From Tubulanus polymorphus (lineage: Eukaryota; Animalia; Nemertea): 64,000 nucleotides of DNA. This document shows positions 25,230 to 37,749 of the stretch, one piece after another. The DNA lies in the NCBI RefSeq assembly GCF_964204645.1, contig NC_134033.1, positions 516,131-580,130 on the forward strand, read 5' to 3'. Positions within the stretch are counted from its first letter, which is position 1. Each line of letters starts with the position of its first letter. A program made the translations under genes and the position numbers. Under the pieces are notes generated by a model, which was not told the DNA's origin, searched no databases, and saw nothing but the letters and a program-made list of their open reading frames with translations.

Positions 25230-28200
25230 TCAAAGCCCGGACGACAGATCCGGGTTTAAATCTGAAACACATTTCTCTTCTAAATCTTACTTCTAATTGT
25301 TGGACTTTTATACGATCTGTTTAAGTAAGTCTACCCGGTGTGCGTAACATTATTTCAAGGTTATTCAAGGTTATTTATTGAATTGTCAGTAACTGTTACG
25401 ACGACTTATAGAAAACACTTTAGAATCCTTAACTTACCATAATCTTGGACGCCGATGTATCCTGTTAATGGCCGATCTGCAAAACAAAATCAGATTCATC
25501 AAACCTGGAAGTGTGGGTAGTCCTTCAGGTTACGAGTTTAAACAATTTCAAGTGACCCACCGTAACTATGACTGCGATGGGGATTCGCAACGCTGGCCGG
25601 TGGCGGCATGTATGGGTCGTTATAACTGTGAACAGCGCCCCCTAGTGAATTCAACATCAAATCGATCGCTTTCTGATGATTGAAATCAACGCCACCTGGT
25701 GTGTGGTTGTTACTGTATGAATCTCGAGATGACCCTCCGTGTTCGCGATCCCTAAAAATATTCCCAATTCGAAATGATTTTATAGAAGTCATTTTATGGT
25801 TTTATCAGAATAATGGATACCGTAGTTTGACTTTAATTGATACCTGTTGCCAAGATGAAGATCCGCTCGCCCAGGTGGTGGCCCGTGGTCTCGCCCAGGT
25901 GGCGGCCCGTGGTCTCGCCCAGGTGGTGGTCGGTGATCTGGCCCAGGTTGTCGGTTGTCTCGCCCAGGAGATGCTCTGTGGTCTCGCCCAGGTGGTGGTC
26001 CGTGGTCTCGCCCAGGTGGTCGGTGATCTGGCCCAGGTTGTCGGTGGTCTCGCCCAGGTGGTCCGTAATCTGGTGCAGGTAGTCGGTAGTCCTGTCTGGA
26101 ATGTGGTTCATGGTCTGGTCCAGGTAGTCTGTGGTCTCGCCTTGTAGGAGGTCCATGGTCTCGCCTTGGTGCTCTGTAATCTTGGTCAGGTGGTTTGTGG
26201 TCCGACCCGGGTGATGTTCTGTGGTCTCGTCCGGGTGGTCCATGGTCTCGTTTAGGAGATGATCGCCTGGCTGTGTAGTCTCTCGAGGGATGATAATCAT
26301 TCCTTTCATTTAGCGAAGCCTCAGCATCTCGAGTCGGTTCGTTCAATTCCCTACAACACATACAATAAACAAGCAGATTAGAAAACCTAGTTTCTATACA
26401 CCCACTACTAGTAATCTATCGGGGCTAAAAACTAACCTTGATCCACGGCTAAAATCTTTATTCCCTCCTCGTTCAAATTCCTGCGAGCGCCTGCGAGCTT
26501 CTCGTCCAGCACTCCCGAATCTACTGAAATAAGAAGTATGTCTTGATCAAAAGAACAATATCCAGGGCTTACTTCAATTTGAATTCATAGTGAAACTGCT
26601 GCTTAATTGGTCGCAGTTGTGAAGATTATTATTTCGATAAATTTTCCAAATGATGACTTATTCTTAGTACATCGAATTGGAAAGCAAAAAAATAGACAAC
26701 TGGGGCCGGTTCCATAATCATGGCTTAGACTTAAGACCACAGGTATAAGACCATCTAAGTTTTTTACCTTATCAAACAACTTAAGACTTAAGACAACTTT
26801 TGGCTTTAGTCTCAACAATGGAACGCCCCCCCCCCCCAACTTACAATGTCATGACTTATTAAAATAATGTCTCAAGCGATATGAATTGCAAATACAGATC
26901 GAGAGACTCAAAAATAGAAATGACATCAGAATTTGATTTAGTTAATTGTGACGTTTTAGTTAACTTGATGCAGGATATAAGAGATTAAAAGCCGAAGTAG
27001 GGACCGTTTATGAATTGAGCGGGAAGACTTCTTTCACCTCTTAAGAACAAGATCGAAACGACAGATATTCATAAATGGCCCCCTGTAGGAGGAGAGACTG
27101 AACACTATACCTGGGCGGATCATCGTTAAAACTATGAACGACATCGCGGTCTAAATCGTGGTGTCGCCGGGGTGATAAATCCCGGCACGGGATCGAAGGA
27201 GAACGATCGTCCCTAAAACCGGGATCGGTCGTCGGTTTATGAGGTGCGACGTTGTCGTTAGAGAAATGTGCGTTAGAGTGAAAGTGATCAGTTAAACTGA
27301 AAACAAAAAACCTGTATCGAATTACGATGAGAAGAATTCGGAATATTTAAGGGAAAAAAAAAATTCCTGAATTGATTTTTGAACGATAGAATTCGACGAA
27401 CCTGTCGCGAGGAGATCGATCTCGTTTGTGGTAGCGTCCGCGGTGGCCTTGATCGTCGTCGTCGTCACGCGAAGGTCGAGTGTCTCTGTCACCTAAAAAA
27501 TCAAAACGATATCGAATCCGACGATTACTGAATAGAATCGGTCTGATAGATTTCAGAGGTCCAGCTTAGAGAATTCAACTCCGGGCCGAGACACTTTTGA
27601 ACAACTGTGGAACTATCGGGTAAGCTCGGCGGAAAGTTTAGTTAATTGTTTACCATATCTGGTTGAATCTCGGCCTCCATTATCTCGACCTGCTCCACCA
27701 CGACCTCGTCCACCACGACCTCTCAGATTGTCTCCTCCTCTACAACACAATTATTTACAAAGATCGTTCTAAAAATTTTTTTACTATAAATATCTTCAAA
27801 CAGATTTCAGGGGTAAGATTTATGAATTTTCCCTATTTTCACAATTGACTTTTTTCATTCTTTTACAAAAATTAAAAATTGAAAGGACTTTTTCATACTT
27901 TTTTCCAGCAAATACAATACAGGTCTGTATCTACACGGGTCAGATTTATGAACTCTGAAATTTTCAAATTTTTCTAATCCTAACTCAGTGAATAGAGGCG
28001 TTTTTACGAGCATCCAATTTTTGCGATCGATCGTAGGAACGCATTTACGAGCACCGATTTTTGCGATCGATTTCACGATCGGCGTTTTTACGAACACGAT
28101 TTTCCGATCGATTTTTGAAATCGACCAACTCGCTCGGCGAGCGATTTGGCGATTTGATTTCCAAGATGGCGGCACCGGGTAGTTCAAAACCATACATTTT

Positions 28201-29518
28201 TTTCCTCGACGTCGCCATATTTATGTCATGTGATTAGCCAAATCCATCGTCATTTTTACGAACATTCGATTCGATCGTACGATCGGAGCAAATCGTTCAC
28301 GAAATCGATCGCAAAAATCGGATGCTCGTAAAAACGCCTTAGGATTATCCGTACCTGCCAGTCTGACCTCCTGCGGGATCCATTCTGTCGCTGCGACGAG
28401 GTTTAGAAGCTTCAACTACGCTCAATTCTAATCCATTTAACTCCTGTGAAATAATAGTTAAACACATGATTTCTAAAGATTCTAAAATTAGCGAGCGGAG
28501 TCGAGTGCTAATTATCTCGAAAGGATTCTAGTTGACGAGGGTCTAACATTAACCCTCAGTGCTGACTAACCAATACCCTATAGTGCTGGAGATAATTTGA
28601 AAATTCTAAAAAATTCCACCCTAGTGTGTTGAATAATGGGAATACCACTATAGTGCGTCTACACCGCGGCGCGGTGTATCATTAGTTACTAGTATTTCAC
28701 TATGTTTGGCAGATGCTGCCATTTTTAATAAGATTATGAGATAAAAACTAATTACTACTTACACCAATACACCGCAGTGCGGTGTAGACGCACTGAAAGG
28801 ATTCTAGTTGACGAGGGTCTTACATTAGACTATATAAACGCGGCAGGATTCTAAGAATAGAAATAACACTTACTTTTCCATGCATTCCTTTCATGGCGCC
28901 GATAGCATCGTCAGTATTCTCAAACGTTACGAAACCAAAACCACGATTACCAGAATTGGTTTCTCTGTTTTTCGGAACATAAACTAAAAAACAAACAAGC
29001 GACAGAAGTGTTACTGATATAAGACTGTGCTGTACGTGTAAATAGATGACTATTAGGATGAAGTCGACTCAAGGAAACATTTCAGACTCATTTTATCCTT
29101 AAGGGGTTAGGATTTTATATTATCTTTACAACACAGATGTTTCATCAATGGTTATAATGAGGACAACATCAGCATTCCTGAAGGTGACTATTAGGATATA
29201 GTCGAAACGTTGAATAAACTACACTAGCTCAAGGAATACAGTATTCCTGATGATGACTATTAGGATATAGTCGAAACGCTTTAAGAAACATTTCGGACTT
29301 ATTTCTCATTTCTAATGTCAGATTTCATCAGTAAAGTTAGTGATATTCAAGAATACTCCAAGATAGGGGGCATCTCAAGAGTGCCGCGGTATGTGATAGC
29401 GTTTACCTTCTTTTATTGGACCGTATTTTGCGAAAGCGTGTTCCAACTGTTCCCCTCTGAAATCGGGTCGTAATCCTCTGACGAACAATTTACCAGGAAT
29501 TACTCTTGCGTCGAACAT
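25230..29518 (-). CDS. RBMX/hnRNP G-like (CIRBP/RBM3-related) RRM protein with RGG box and PPGRDH-repeat C-terminus
   Basis: Exons 29524-29407, 28983-28874, 28443-28355, 27739-27654, 27492-27402, 27296-27111, 26523-26437, 26350-25844, 25751-25561, 25476-25438 and 25261-25230, all phase-compatible. RNP2 PGKLFVRGL, RNP1 RGFGFVTF, then RGRGGRGRGG. Confidence 0.8.
27996..28339. mobile_element. MITE, PIF/Harbinger-like
   Basis: Perfect 20-bp TIR AGGCGTTTTTACGAGCATCC, with a 3-bp TSD TAG on both sides (27993-27995 and 28340-28342). Confidence 0.85.
28551..28801. mobile_element. Small TIR element (ttaaccctcagtgc...gcactgaaagg) with an internal palindrome
   Basis: agtgcgtctacaccgc (~28652) is inverted at ~28778. 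The flank gaaaggattctagttgacgagggtct is duplicated on both sides. Confidence 0.5.
29148..29305 (+). ncRNA. Two-unit copy of the 69-bp hammerhead element in the RRM gene intron
   Basis: Same flanks as the 14490-15215 array. Unit 2 has canonical CTGATGA plus stem II plus GAAA but is 3'-truncated. A further fragment lies at ~29044-29095. Confidence 0.7.
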
Positions 29519-30338
29519 CTCGCCCTGTGCCGAAAATATCCATCAAAACAATTAGGAAATATAGTTTAGCATAGTTGGAATGACCGTTAGGTTGACTGAA
29601 GCACTGACTAAATTGACTTGGAAATCATTGCTACTCAAAAATAGAGATGAATTCAGTAATGTATGCGACACCTTATCCAACAAACATAAATTTAACTTCT
29701 TTTCTTTAGAAATGTTCATTTTGTTATTTTTACAGGTGACATTCTCCTGAACTTCACACGATCTAAATCGACATTATTATCACGATCGTTCACGTTTTAT
29801 TCATCTTTCATAACGAGTCCAAAATGTACAAAATCATGGTTTTCTTAAAATAAAGTCCGAATGAACCTTCCCGACAGTCGACATTTCAAAGATCGTTCGT
29901 TTACACGGACATCGCTTATCCAACTGTTACAAAACCGACCTAAATGTATTAAAAGCCGATGATATAAATCGAAGCAACTGCTTTCATTTTTCCTTACGTT
30001 TCCGGAGGTTTCCATCCGAAAAGTTCGGAAAAAACAATAACAGTTGTTTGAATTTATATTGTGGATTCTCTTTTTAAACACTTTTTATGACGTAAAGATC
30101 TTTCTTAATTCATATGAGGATCTTCTTAGAGAGACAGTTCAACTAAGTCAAAGTCACAAGTGTTCTTTGAAAGGAAGCAATCGAAATGATTTTAAGGTTA
30201 AACACGATCGTGAAACTGGGACCTGAGAGTCTTTCTTCAGTCTCTCGTTCCTTTCCGACAATAAAATTCACAATCAAACATCAATTTACACAAAGTTTAA
30301 ATAGATATATATATATATATATAAAATGCCACTCGTAC

Positions 30339-33026
30339 CTGCTTTCTACGCAAAGTATTAAAATCATCCTCACCAGGAGCCGGAGAACCGGACCTCCGGA
30401 CGTATGACTCCTCACCGGGAGGAGTCCTCCGAGGTGGTGAATAATACAATCCGATTTCCCCGGAGTACTCCGATAGTTTATCGATGAAGTCGACGTTATT
30501 ATTGGAGGTATTGTTGTCGTCGTTGCCGTGCCAGTTGTCGATATGTCGTACTTGCCACGGTTCCGGAGGAGGGGTTATTCCATCTCGTGGAGGAGAGAAT
30601 GGTCGATCCCAGGATGAATCCTGATCTTTACGATCTATAGGCGATCGTAGTCTTCGTTCTTCTGCAACTCGATTGCGGGAATCTTCGTTGAAAGTTAGTG
30701 GCGCGTCTACCACTGCAGCGTCTGCCACCGCTGCGTCTGCCACCGCTGCGTCTGCCACCGCTGCGTCTGCTTGAAGCACGCTCCACGATTCATCGCGTCT
30801 GACGAATTCCACGTCTCGTTCCGCTTTAAATCCATCGCAAACAACTTCGCAATCATTGAACAATCGTTGATCACCGGGGCGGGGATGATCGCGATCATCG
30901 AACATTCGTTGAAATCCGTCTCTTCGTTCTCCACCGATGTCCTCACCTCCTCTAACCCTCTGATCGTCATGGTGATCGCGGTTACCGTGGTGATATTCAC
31001 GAATTTCGTAAACGGTGTTTTCACTAAAATTCGGACGCGGCATAGATTCCCGTTCGGAACTGAAATGATTTCGGTCCGAGCTACGCGGTCGTTGCTGGTA
31101 ATCTGTATGGTAATGTCTGTCTGAGCTGCGGCTGTGACCGGGAGACCGCCCTCCTCCACCACGGAATGGTTCAGATTCATCGAAACCACTTTGCAGTTGA
31201 TCTCGACTATATCTGGATTCCGGATGAGCATTCTCTACTGGAAGTGGATCTAAAGGTTCTGGAGAAACTCGTTCTAATGAAGGAGGCCTCCTGTGAGGTT
31301 CTGGAGTAACTGGCTCCAACGAAGGACGCCTCCTGTGAGGTTCAGGAGTAACCCCCTCTAAAGAAGGACGCCTCCTGTGAGGTTCTAGAGTAACTGGCTC
31401 CAACGAAGGACGCCTCCTGTGAGGTTCTGGAGTAACTCGCTCTAAAGAAGGACGCCTCCTGTGAGGTTCAGGAGTAACTCGCTCTAAAGAAGGACGCCTC
31501 CTGTAAGGTTCAGGAGTAACTCGCTCTAAAGAAGGATGCCTCCTGTAAGGTTCAGGAGTAACTCGCTCTAAAGAAGGATGCCTCCTGTAAGGTTCAGGAA
31601 TAACCCGTTCAAAAGAAGGACGCCTCCTGTAAGGTTCAGGAGTAACTCGCTCTAAAGAAGGATGCCTCCTGTAAGGTTCAGGAGTAACCCGTTCAAAAGA
31701 AGGATGCCTCCTGTAAGGTTCAGGAGTAACTCGCTCTAAAGAAGGATGCCTCCTGTAAGGTTCAGGAGTAACCCGCTCTAAAGAAGGATGCCTCCTGTAA
31801 GGTTCAGGTGAAGAGAATCGCTGATGTGGAGGTGTCAAACGTCTGTCTAATGATCTTTGCCGTGATGGTGAAGGGTAACGACCTCGTTGAGGTGAGAGTC
31901 CTCTGGAAGGTGGTCTCGGTGATCCTCTGGATGAAGTTGGTGGAGACCGCCCTGAGGCTCGAGTCCCTCGTGAGGATGATGGAAACTTCGTAACATGAGG
32001 TAAAGTTCTTCTTGGAGACGATATTGAAAACCTTCTTGAAGGTGACTTTGCTCTTACGGGCGACGATGCAGATCTTCCTCTCGGTGGAAACCTCTCCAGA
32101 GGTGAATCCCCTCTCGCGGGTAACGGGGACCTCCTTAAAGGGGACGAGTTTCTTCTCCCCGATGACGGCGACCGTTCTCTCGATAGCCGTCTGCTAATCC
32201 AGCGCGGAGGCGACGGGAGACGAGGTGTCGTTCGGCTCGGTAGTTTCAGGGGAGACGTCGGTCGTTTGAACGACGACGGCGACGAACGACTCAAACTCCG
32301 TCGTTTCTTCTTACTTCCGCGGCTCCGCGACCTTGAACGGTCTCTCCCGCCGGAATCGGACGATAAATCCGAATACAAACTATCGTCGACGTCCGACGAA
32401 GAACGAGACATCGGCGAGTATAAGTTCCGCGATAAATTCCTTTTCCGTATTTTACCTCTATCGACGCTACCGGACTGCGAACTGGATCTGTAGCGACGAG
32501 GAGGGTTGTTCCCAGGGGGCGCTGCAATCGGTGCTGATCTCAGATCGGGTTGCCCGGCAATCTCCTGCGACGCGACGGGAGTCAACGACATGTTGTTGTT
32601 GTTACGATAATTTTCACTCGTCGTAAATGGAACCATCTGCCCAGCAGGTGGAGCCACCGAACCAGCAACTGTCTGCCCAGCAGGTGGAGCCACCGAACCA
32701 CTGGTGTATGAATAATTATAATTGGCGTACGCGACTGAATTCTGATTAAACGGAACTTGTTGTTGTTGCTGATGCACGGGAGGCGCATATGTCTGTTGCC
32801 CCTGGTAACTGGGCAAATTATTGTTGTTGAATCCTTGATTTGGGAAGTTGTTGCTCGGAGGCTGATAGTAGTGCACCTGCTGCTGCTGTGGTGGATACTG
32901 ATACGATGCAGCTGGATACCCTGCGTTGTAATCGGTATAGTTAGTATTGTATCCAGGATACTGAGCTGGATACACGGCACCGTGCTGCAGCTGCTGCTGC
33001 TGCTGGGGATATATGTTCGGATTCAT
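30339..33026 (-). CDS. ~896-codon low-complexity exon (Q/P/Y prion-like, RS/SP-rich, 14-aa repeats), probably spliced to the RRM gene
   Basis: 909-aa uninterrupted ORF. The donor CAG|gtacga at 30339 is phase 0 and in frame with the acceptor at 29524 (GGC GAG ATG TTC). Confidence 0.7.
31255..31810 (-). repeat. 42-bp coding tandem repeat (PEPYRRHPSLERVT) x~13
   Basis: Visible at both DNA and protein level. Confidence 0.9.
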
Positions 33027-33049
33027 CTTTATCTAGTGACTTCACGGGT

Positions 33050-33325
33050 AGATACTGCGCTATCCTAAGGCACACGACGCTATTCTTGAGCACACGACGC
33101 TATTCTCGGGCATACGGCGCTATCCTGAGGCACACGACGCTATTCTCAGGCATACGGCGCTATCCCGGGGCACACGACGCTATTCTCGGGCACACGGCGC
33201 TATCCCAGGGCACACGACACTATTCTCGGGCACACAGCGCTATCTCGGGGCACACGACGCTATCCCTGGGCACAAGACGCTATTCTCGGGCACACGGCGC
33301 TATCTCAAAGCACACGGCACAATCC
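33050..33325. repeat. 20-bp minisatellite (cacacgacgctattctcggg)
   Basis: About 13 imperfect units immediately upstream of the ATG at 33026. Confidence 0.85.
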
Positions 33326-34283
33326 TTGGGTAAAACCGAACTTCTCAACTGATCTTTTAATTATTCGTCAGTTTTCTTTAAACGCACACAAATCCCACTA
33401 ACTGCTGGTCATTGAACGCACTATAAACCACGACACATTTTTCTTTATATAAATTACAAGTTTTCAGTGAGAAAATGCTTTAAACCATTAAGACTTGAGG
33501 TCCGCAACTGTTTTCATCGATCATCTACGACATCTCTCATGTCGGATAACATCGCGTTAGTTCCAAGACTTAAAATGAGAAATCTCGTTAAAAAGCTACC
33601 ATCAGATTTTTGCCGATGATTCAAACTTCCAGAGATGTTTTGAATATAGTTTTTCGCACGTTTCAATCAAGAGATTCATCGTCCTGCTCGTCTAAAACTT
33701 TACCATCTCAGTTTCCAGCCTCTCCAGTAACTCAAGAATTATTCGAGTCCTAATTCACTTGAACTTGACGCTAAAATTCTGACGAACAGATAAGAAGTTT
33801 GAGGGACTCCTGCAGGATATGTTTTTTTCGAACAATTTCAAAGTGTCTCGAGTAAATTAGAAAGTACTCACTGCTCGGAAATTTCGGTTAAATCAAGTTT
33901 TAGTTTCTCTTCACTTAAGTTCCGATCGAAATCGCTCTAGAAACATTTCACGCGGCAATCAAAATCCGACGAACAGATAAGAGATGTTAGTTATAACAGT
34001 TTGAAGACGTCCGGCGATGAGAACAGAAGTTTTTGAAAGACTCGTAAAAGTTCGAGTCGAATAAAAATCGCGACGATATTGTTTTTTTTTTTTTTTTCAA
34101 CTAGAAAATCGAAAAACGAAATGAGTTCGGTTTCGTTGTATTTTTATCAACCTCCTCGAGAGGGTCGAAACACAGCTGAAAAATAACGCAGAAATTATCG
34201 TCAACTAAAGACATTGAGATTATGATATACACCTCACTGCATTACCAGTACAGTACAGTACACAGACTGTACGCTTGCTGCAA

Positions 34284-34491
34284 GTAAGGCCAACAAAAAT
34301 AGATACCTTGTTTCTCCGCTCTGCTGAGCTTAAATGTTGACCCGGCCGGCCGCCTATCTACCCTATACATTACTTTTTTTAAAATCGTGATCAATTTCAC
34401 CATAACAGACCCGGTCGCTATAGAAATGAACTGTTTATAAATTTTATCATATTTTACAAAAATGACCCGGCCGCTGCGGAGAAACAAGGTA
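34284..34491. mobile_element. MITE family with TIR TACCTTGTTTCTCCGC (copies also at ~37408-37599 and, inverted, ~43533-43718)
   Basis: Terminal taccttgtttctccgc / gcggagaaacaaggta. Three related copies lie in the window. TA at both ends suggests a Tc1/mariner-type TSD (inference). Confidence 0.85.
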
Positions 34492-34544
34492 TCATTTTTG
34501 TTTAGCCTAATCGGCCTGTCGCAGTTCGAAGTTGTTTGTTTGAG

Positions 34545-35001
34545 CGAGCGGTGTAGGCGAGTGGTTAGAGCGTTTGGCTGTGGGTAGGCTGATCATCGGT
34601 TCGAACCCCTGGGCCCAGTTTCACAAAAAAGTTAAACTCAAATTTTTGGTGTAATTGCCATTGGTTACTTCATGTTTTCAATGAGGACAACAATTCAAAC
34701 TTAACCGTTTTAGGCTAAACTTGTTCGTGAAACCGGCCACTGTGCTTTACCCTAGTGTCCTCGAGCGAGACTCGTATCCTCATTGACTTTCTCCTCCCAG
34801 GAGTAAATGGGTACCTGGTCTGATAGTTGACTCCTGAGCGCCTAGCAGCTGCTCGGATGTTACTTCTCTCCAGGGAGAGATGTCCGATACATGAAATAGA
34901 GTTATCGGCTGGGGGTAATAATACCGAATTTGGAGCGCATTTCAACAGACTCTAGTTTGGATACATAAATGCTATATAAATGTCAATCATTATTATTATT
35001 A
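34545..35001 (+). mobile_element. tRNA-headed SINE with Nin/Deu-like core and L2-type 3' tail, interrupted by a MITE at ~34611-34738
   Basis: A/B boxes (taggcgagtggttagagcg, ggttcgaaccc), core ccaggagtaaatgggtacc, tail gctatataaatgtc...(att)n. The nested element is gggcccagtttcac...gtgaaaccggcc. Confidence 0.7.
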
Positions 35002-35455
35002 CTTTAAAGCTGTCGCTGATTATACCATGGCAGGTTTTCTTATGCAGTGCCTTAAATACAGGAATCAGAGGGGTGCATAGGATCAAAGGTCAAGCTTCAT
35101 TCAGGCCCTTCTTTCGTGATGTTATTTTGTGAAAGATTTAGCCAGGATCTTACCGATAGCTTGACGCTGAGCCTGAGGAGGCACGGAGCGAGGACGGGGA
35201 TCGATGACAGCTAGTTAGTTACCATACCTAATCGTTGGTGGTAAGCTTTTTATAATCAGATATCATGAAACTACACTGCAGATAGGTTACTGACTTCAAG
35301 AAGGGGGCCCGACACAGTAATGACTTTAAAGAAAGAGTATAAAGTCTAAGAAAGAAGTCTAACTCTCTAAGACAACGGACAAGTCCAAGAGTTGTCGACA
35401 AGTTAATCGGATTATTGAGCCGATGACAGTTAAACCCGAGCAATTCTAGTAAGAT

Positions 35456-36003
35456 CTAATGTCTATTTATTAATGGATGAGACCTGTTTTTCTTGGATAT
35501 TTTGCTTACTTTTTGGGGTACATACCTCATTTATGTCTTAACAGAATGCCAAAAATCGCGGACAACAACTGAATATCCGATATATTTCCAGTTCTGTACC
35601 AATTAGATGGATTGGCAAAAAGACTCCTTAAGGCCAATTGAATGAGAGAGAAAATCCTCCATTTTGTGAAATTTCTTGAATTTTTACATTGTCACCATGC
35701 CTACGAAATGAAGTTATTTTTCTTGTGGGGTCTCAACAACTAAATCAGGGTGGCGTAGGCATGGTAACAATGTTCAAATCCAAGAAATTTGACAAAATGG
35801 AGGATTTTCTCTCTCATTCAACTGGACTTAAGGAGTCTTTTTGTCAATCCATCTAATTGGTACAGAACTGGAAATATATGGGATATTCAGTTGTTGTCCG
35901 CGATTTTTGGCATTCTGTTAAGACATAAATTAGGTATGTACCCCAAAAAGTAAGCAAAATATCCCAGAAAAACAGGTCTCATCAATTAATAAATAGACAT
36001 TAG
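35456..36003. mobile_element. Foldback element: ~250-bp inverted arms with ~46-bp spacer
   Basis: 35456-35707 is the near-perfect reverse complement of 35754-36003. Confidence 0.9.
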
Positions 36004-37749
36004 GTTTTTATTATACATTACCCCAGTCCGTGCGCGAATATCCAATTAATTAACTGAGTAATTAACTAATTAATCGAGAAAAATGGTCTCGAAGTGGTAC
36101 GAACCAATTCAATCAAATTTACGTTTTATTGACTAGGATTATGTCAGCGAGGTGGCGCCACTTGACGGTCAATCTCATGGAAAATATTAATCGCGTCGAA
36201 TTCGGGATTCGAACTGCTCAACTCGCTGGCTCTCCGCGAATCATCTATGTGTAAACCCACGCGATCGACGTAGTTTTCTCAGTGTGAAGACTATTGATTT
36301 CAAAATCTCACGAACACTTTTCAAGTATTCCTGTGTTGAGAAATAAGTAACGAGACGAGTAGTAGTGTATAGGTTAACTATTAATTTGACGCACGAGCTT
36401 TCGCTTCTAATGGATAGAAGCTTCATCGGGTGAATCAACTTCATCACCTGATGAAGCTTCTATCCATTAGATAGATTGAATTCCGGCTAAGCGGAAAACA
36501 ATACGGCCAGTAACAAACGGCGGAAGAAAATGCGTTTGAAACCGACAGAAAAACTATATGCTTTTTGTTCCGGAAATACAGCGGACTCGCGACAACCAGA
36601 AGTCTTTCAAAATTTATTATAACTACGGACCCATGTTACATATAAAATGGACAAAATGATCTTCAACCTTGTAATATAGTTATTTCCACGACCTCGATGT
36701 ATTAAATTAGACAGGCCAAGAGAATTCACCCCAATCAGTCGCTTACCGGTTCAGACTGGTTGGAAGATTGTTTGAATGAACCGGAACCGAATTTCCAATT
36801 ATGTACTTCGATCTAAACAAAAAAACCCTGTTAAACTCGACCGCCGATCACACAACTATATTTCAAAATCAAACCTCCTGTTTCGCTCCCGGCAGGTGTG
36901 GTGGGTCTGTAAAGGACACTCAATCGAAAAAATCATAAAAATTCAAATTCAAGATCTTTATTCAGCATAAACAAATGCATGTTACAACAATATGTGAAAT
37001 ATAATAATCTACATGTGATGAACAAGAACCGATTGAAACAAATTAAAGAAAAAACGAAATTTACTTCAGCCAAATAAATAAATAACGGGACAATCCCTAT
37101 TTTAAGATAAAAAACCCCCACTATATTCAGATTTAAAAGCGATGAAAACGTATTGTATTTAATAAGAATTGAATTAGAAAATTGAAATATATGACATTTC
37201 GTGTAAATCTCTCTCTGAAGACCTGGATGGACCCAGTTCCACAGTTGACTCTAACGTTACCTCGCAGTTAACTCTAACTCACAACTGTGCAACCGGGACC
37301 TGGCGTTATCTATTCGAATTAACATTCCAAAGACGCGGGTAAAAAATTCCTTGACGATGGTTTTTAATACGTAGATTAAATTCAAAGGCATGAATCAAAA
37401 TACGTTGATACCTTGTTTCTCGGCCCTGCTGAGCTTAAAAGTTGACCCGGCCGGCCGCCTATCTATCCTGTACACTACTTTAAAAAAAAAATCGTGATCA
37501 ATTTTACCATAACAGACCCGGCCGCTGTAGAAATGAACCGATTACAAATTTTTATCATATTTTACAAAAATCACTCGGCCGCTGCGGAGAAACAAGGTAT
37601 GTTTAGCCTAACGTTACGATATTTCAAGTTTTTCGGCTTCGTGATTGTTGAACTTATATTCGCCATTCCCAAATTGACATAATATATTGAATGATCGTAA
37701 TTAGTTTCACAGTTGATACATCACAGTAAAAAAATGATTAAAATATGCC

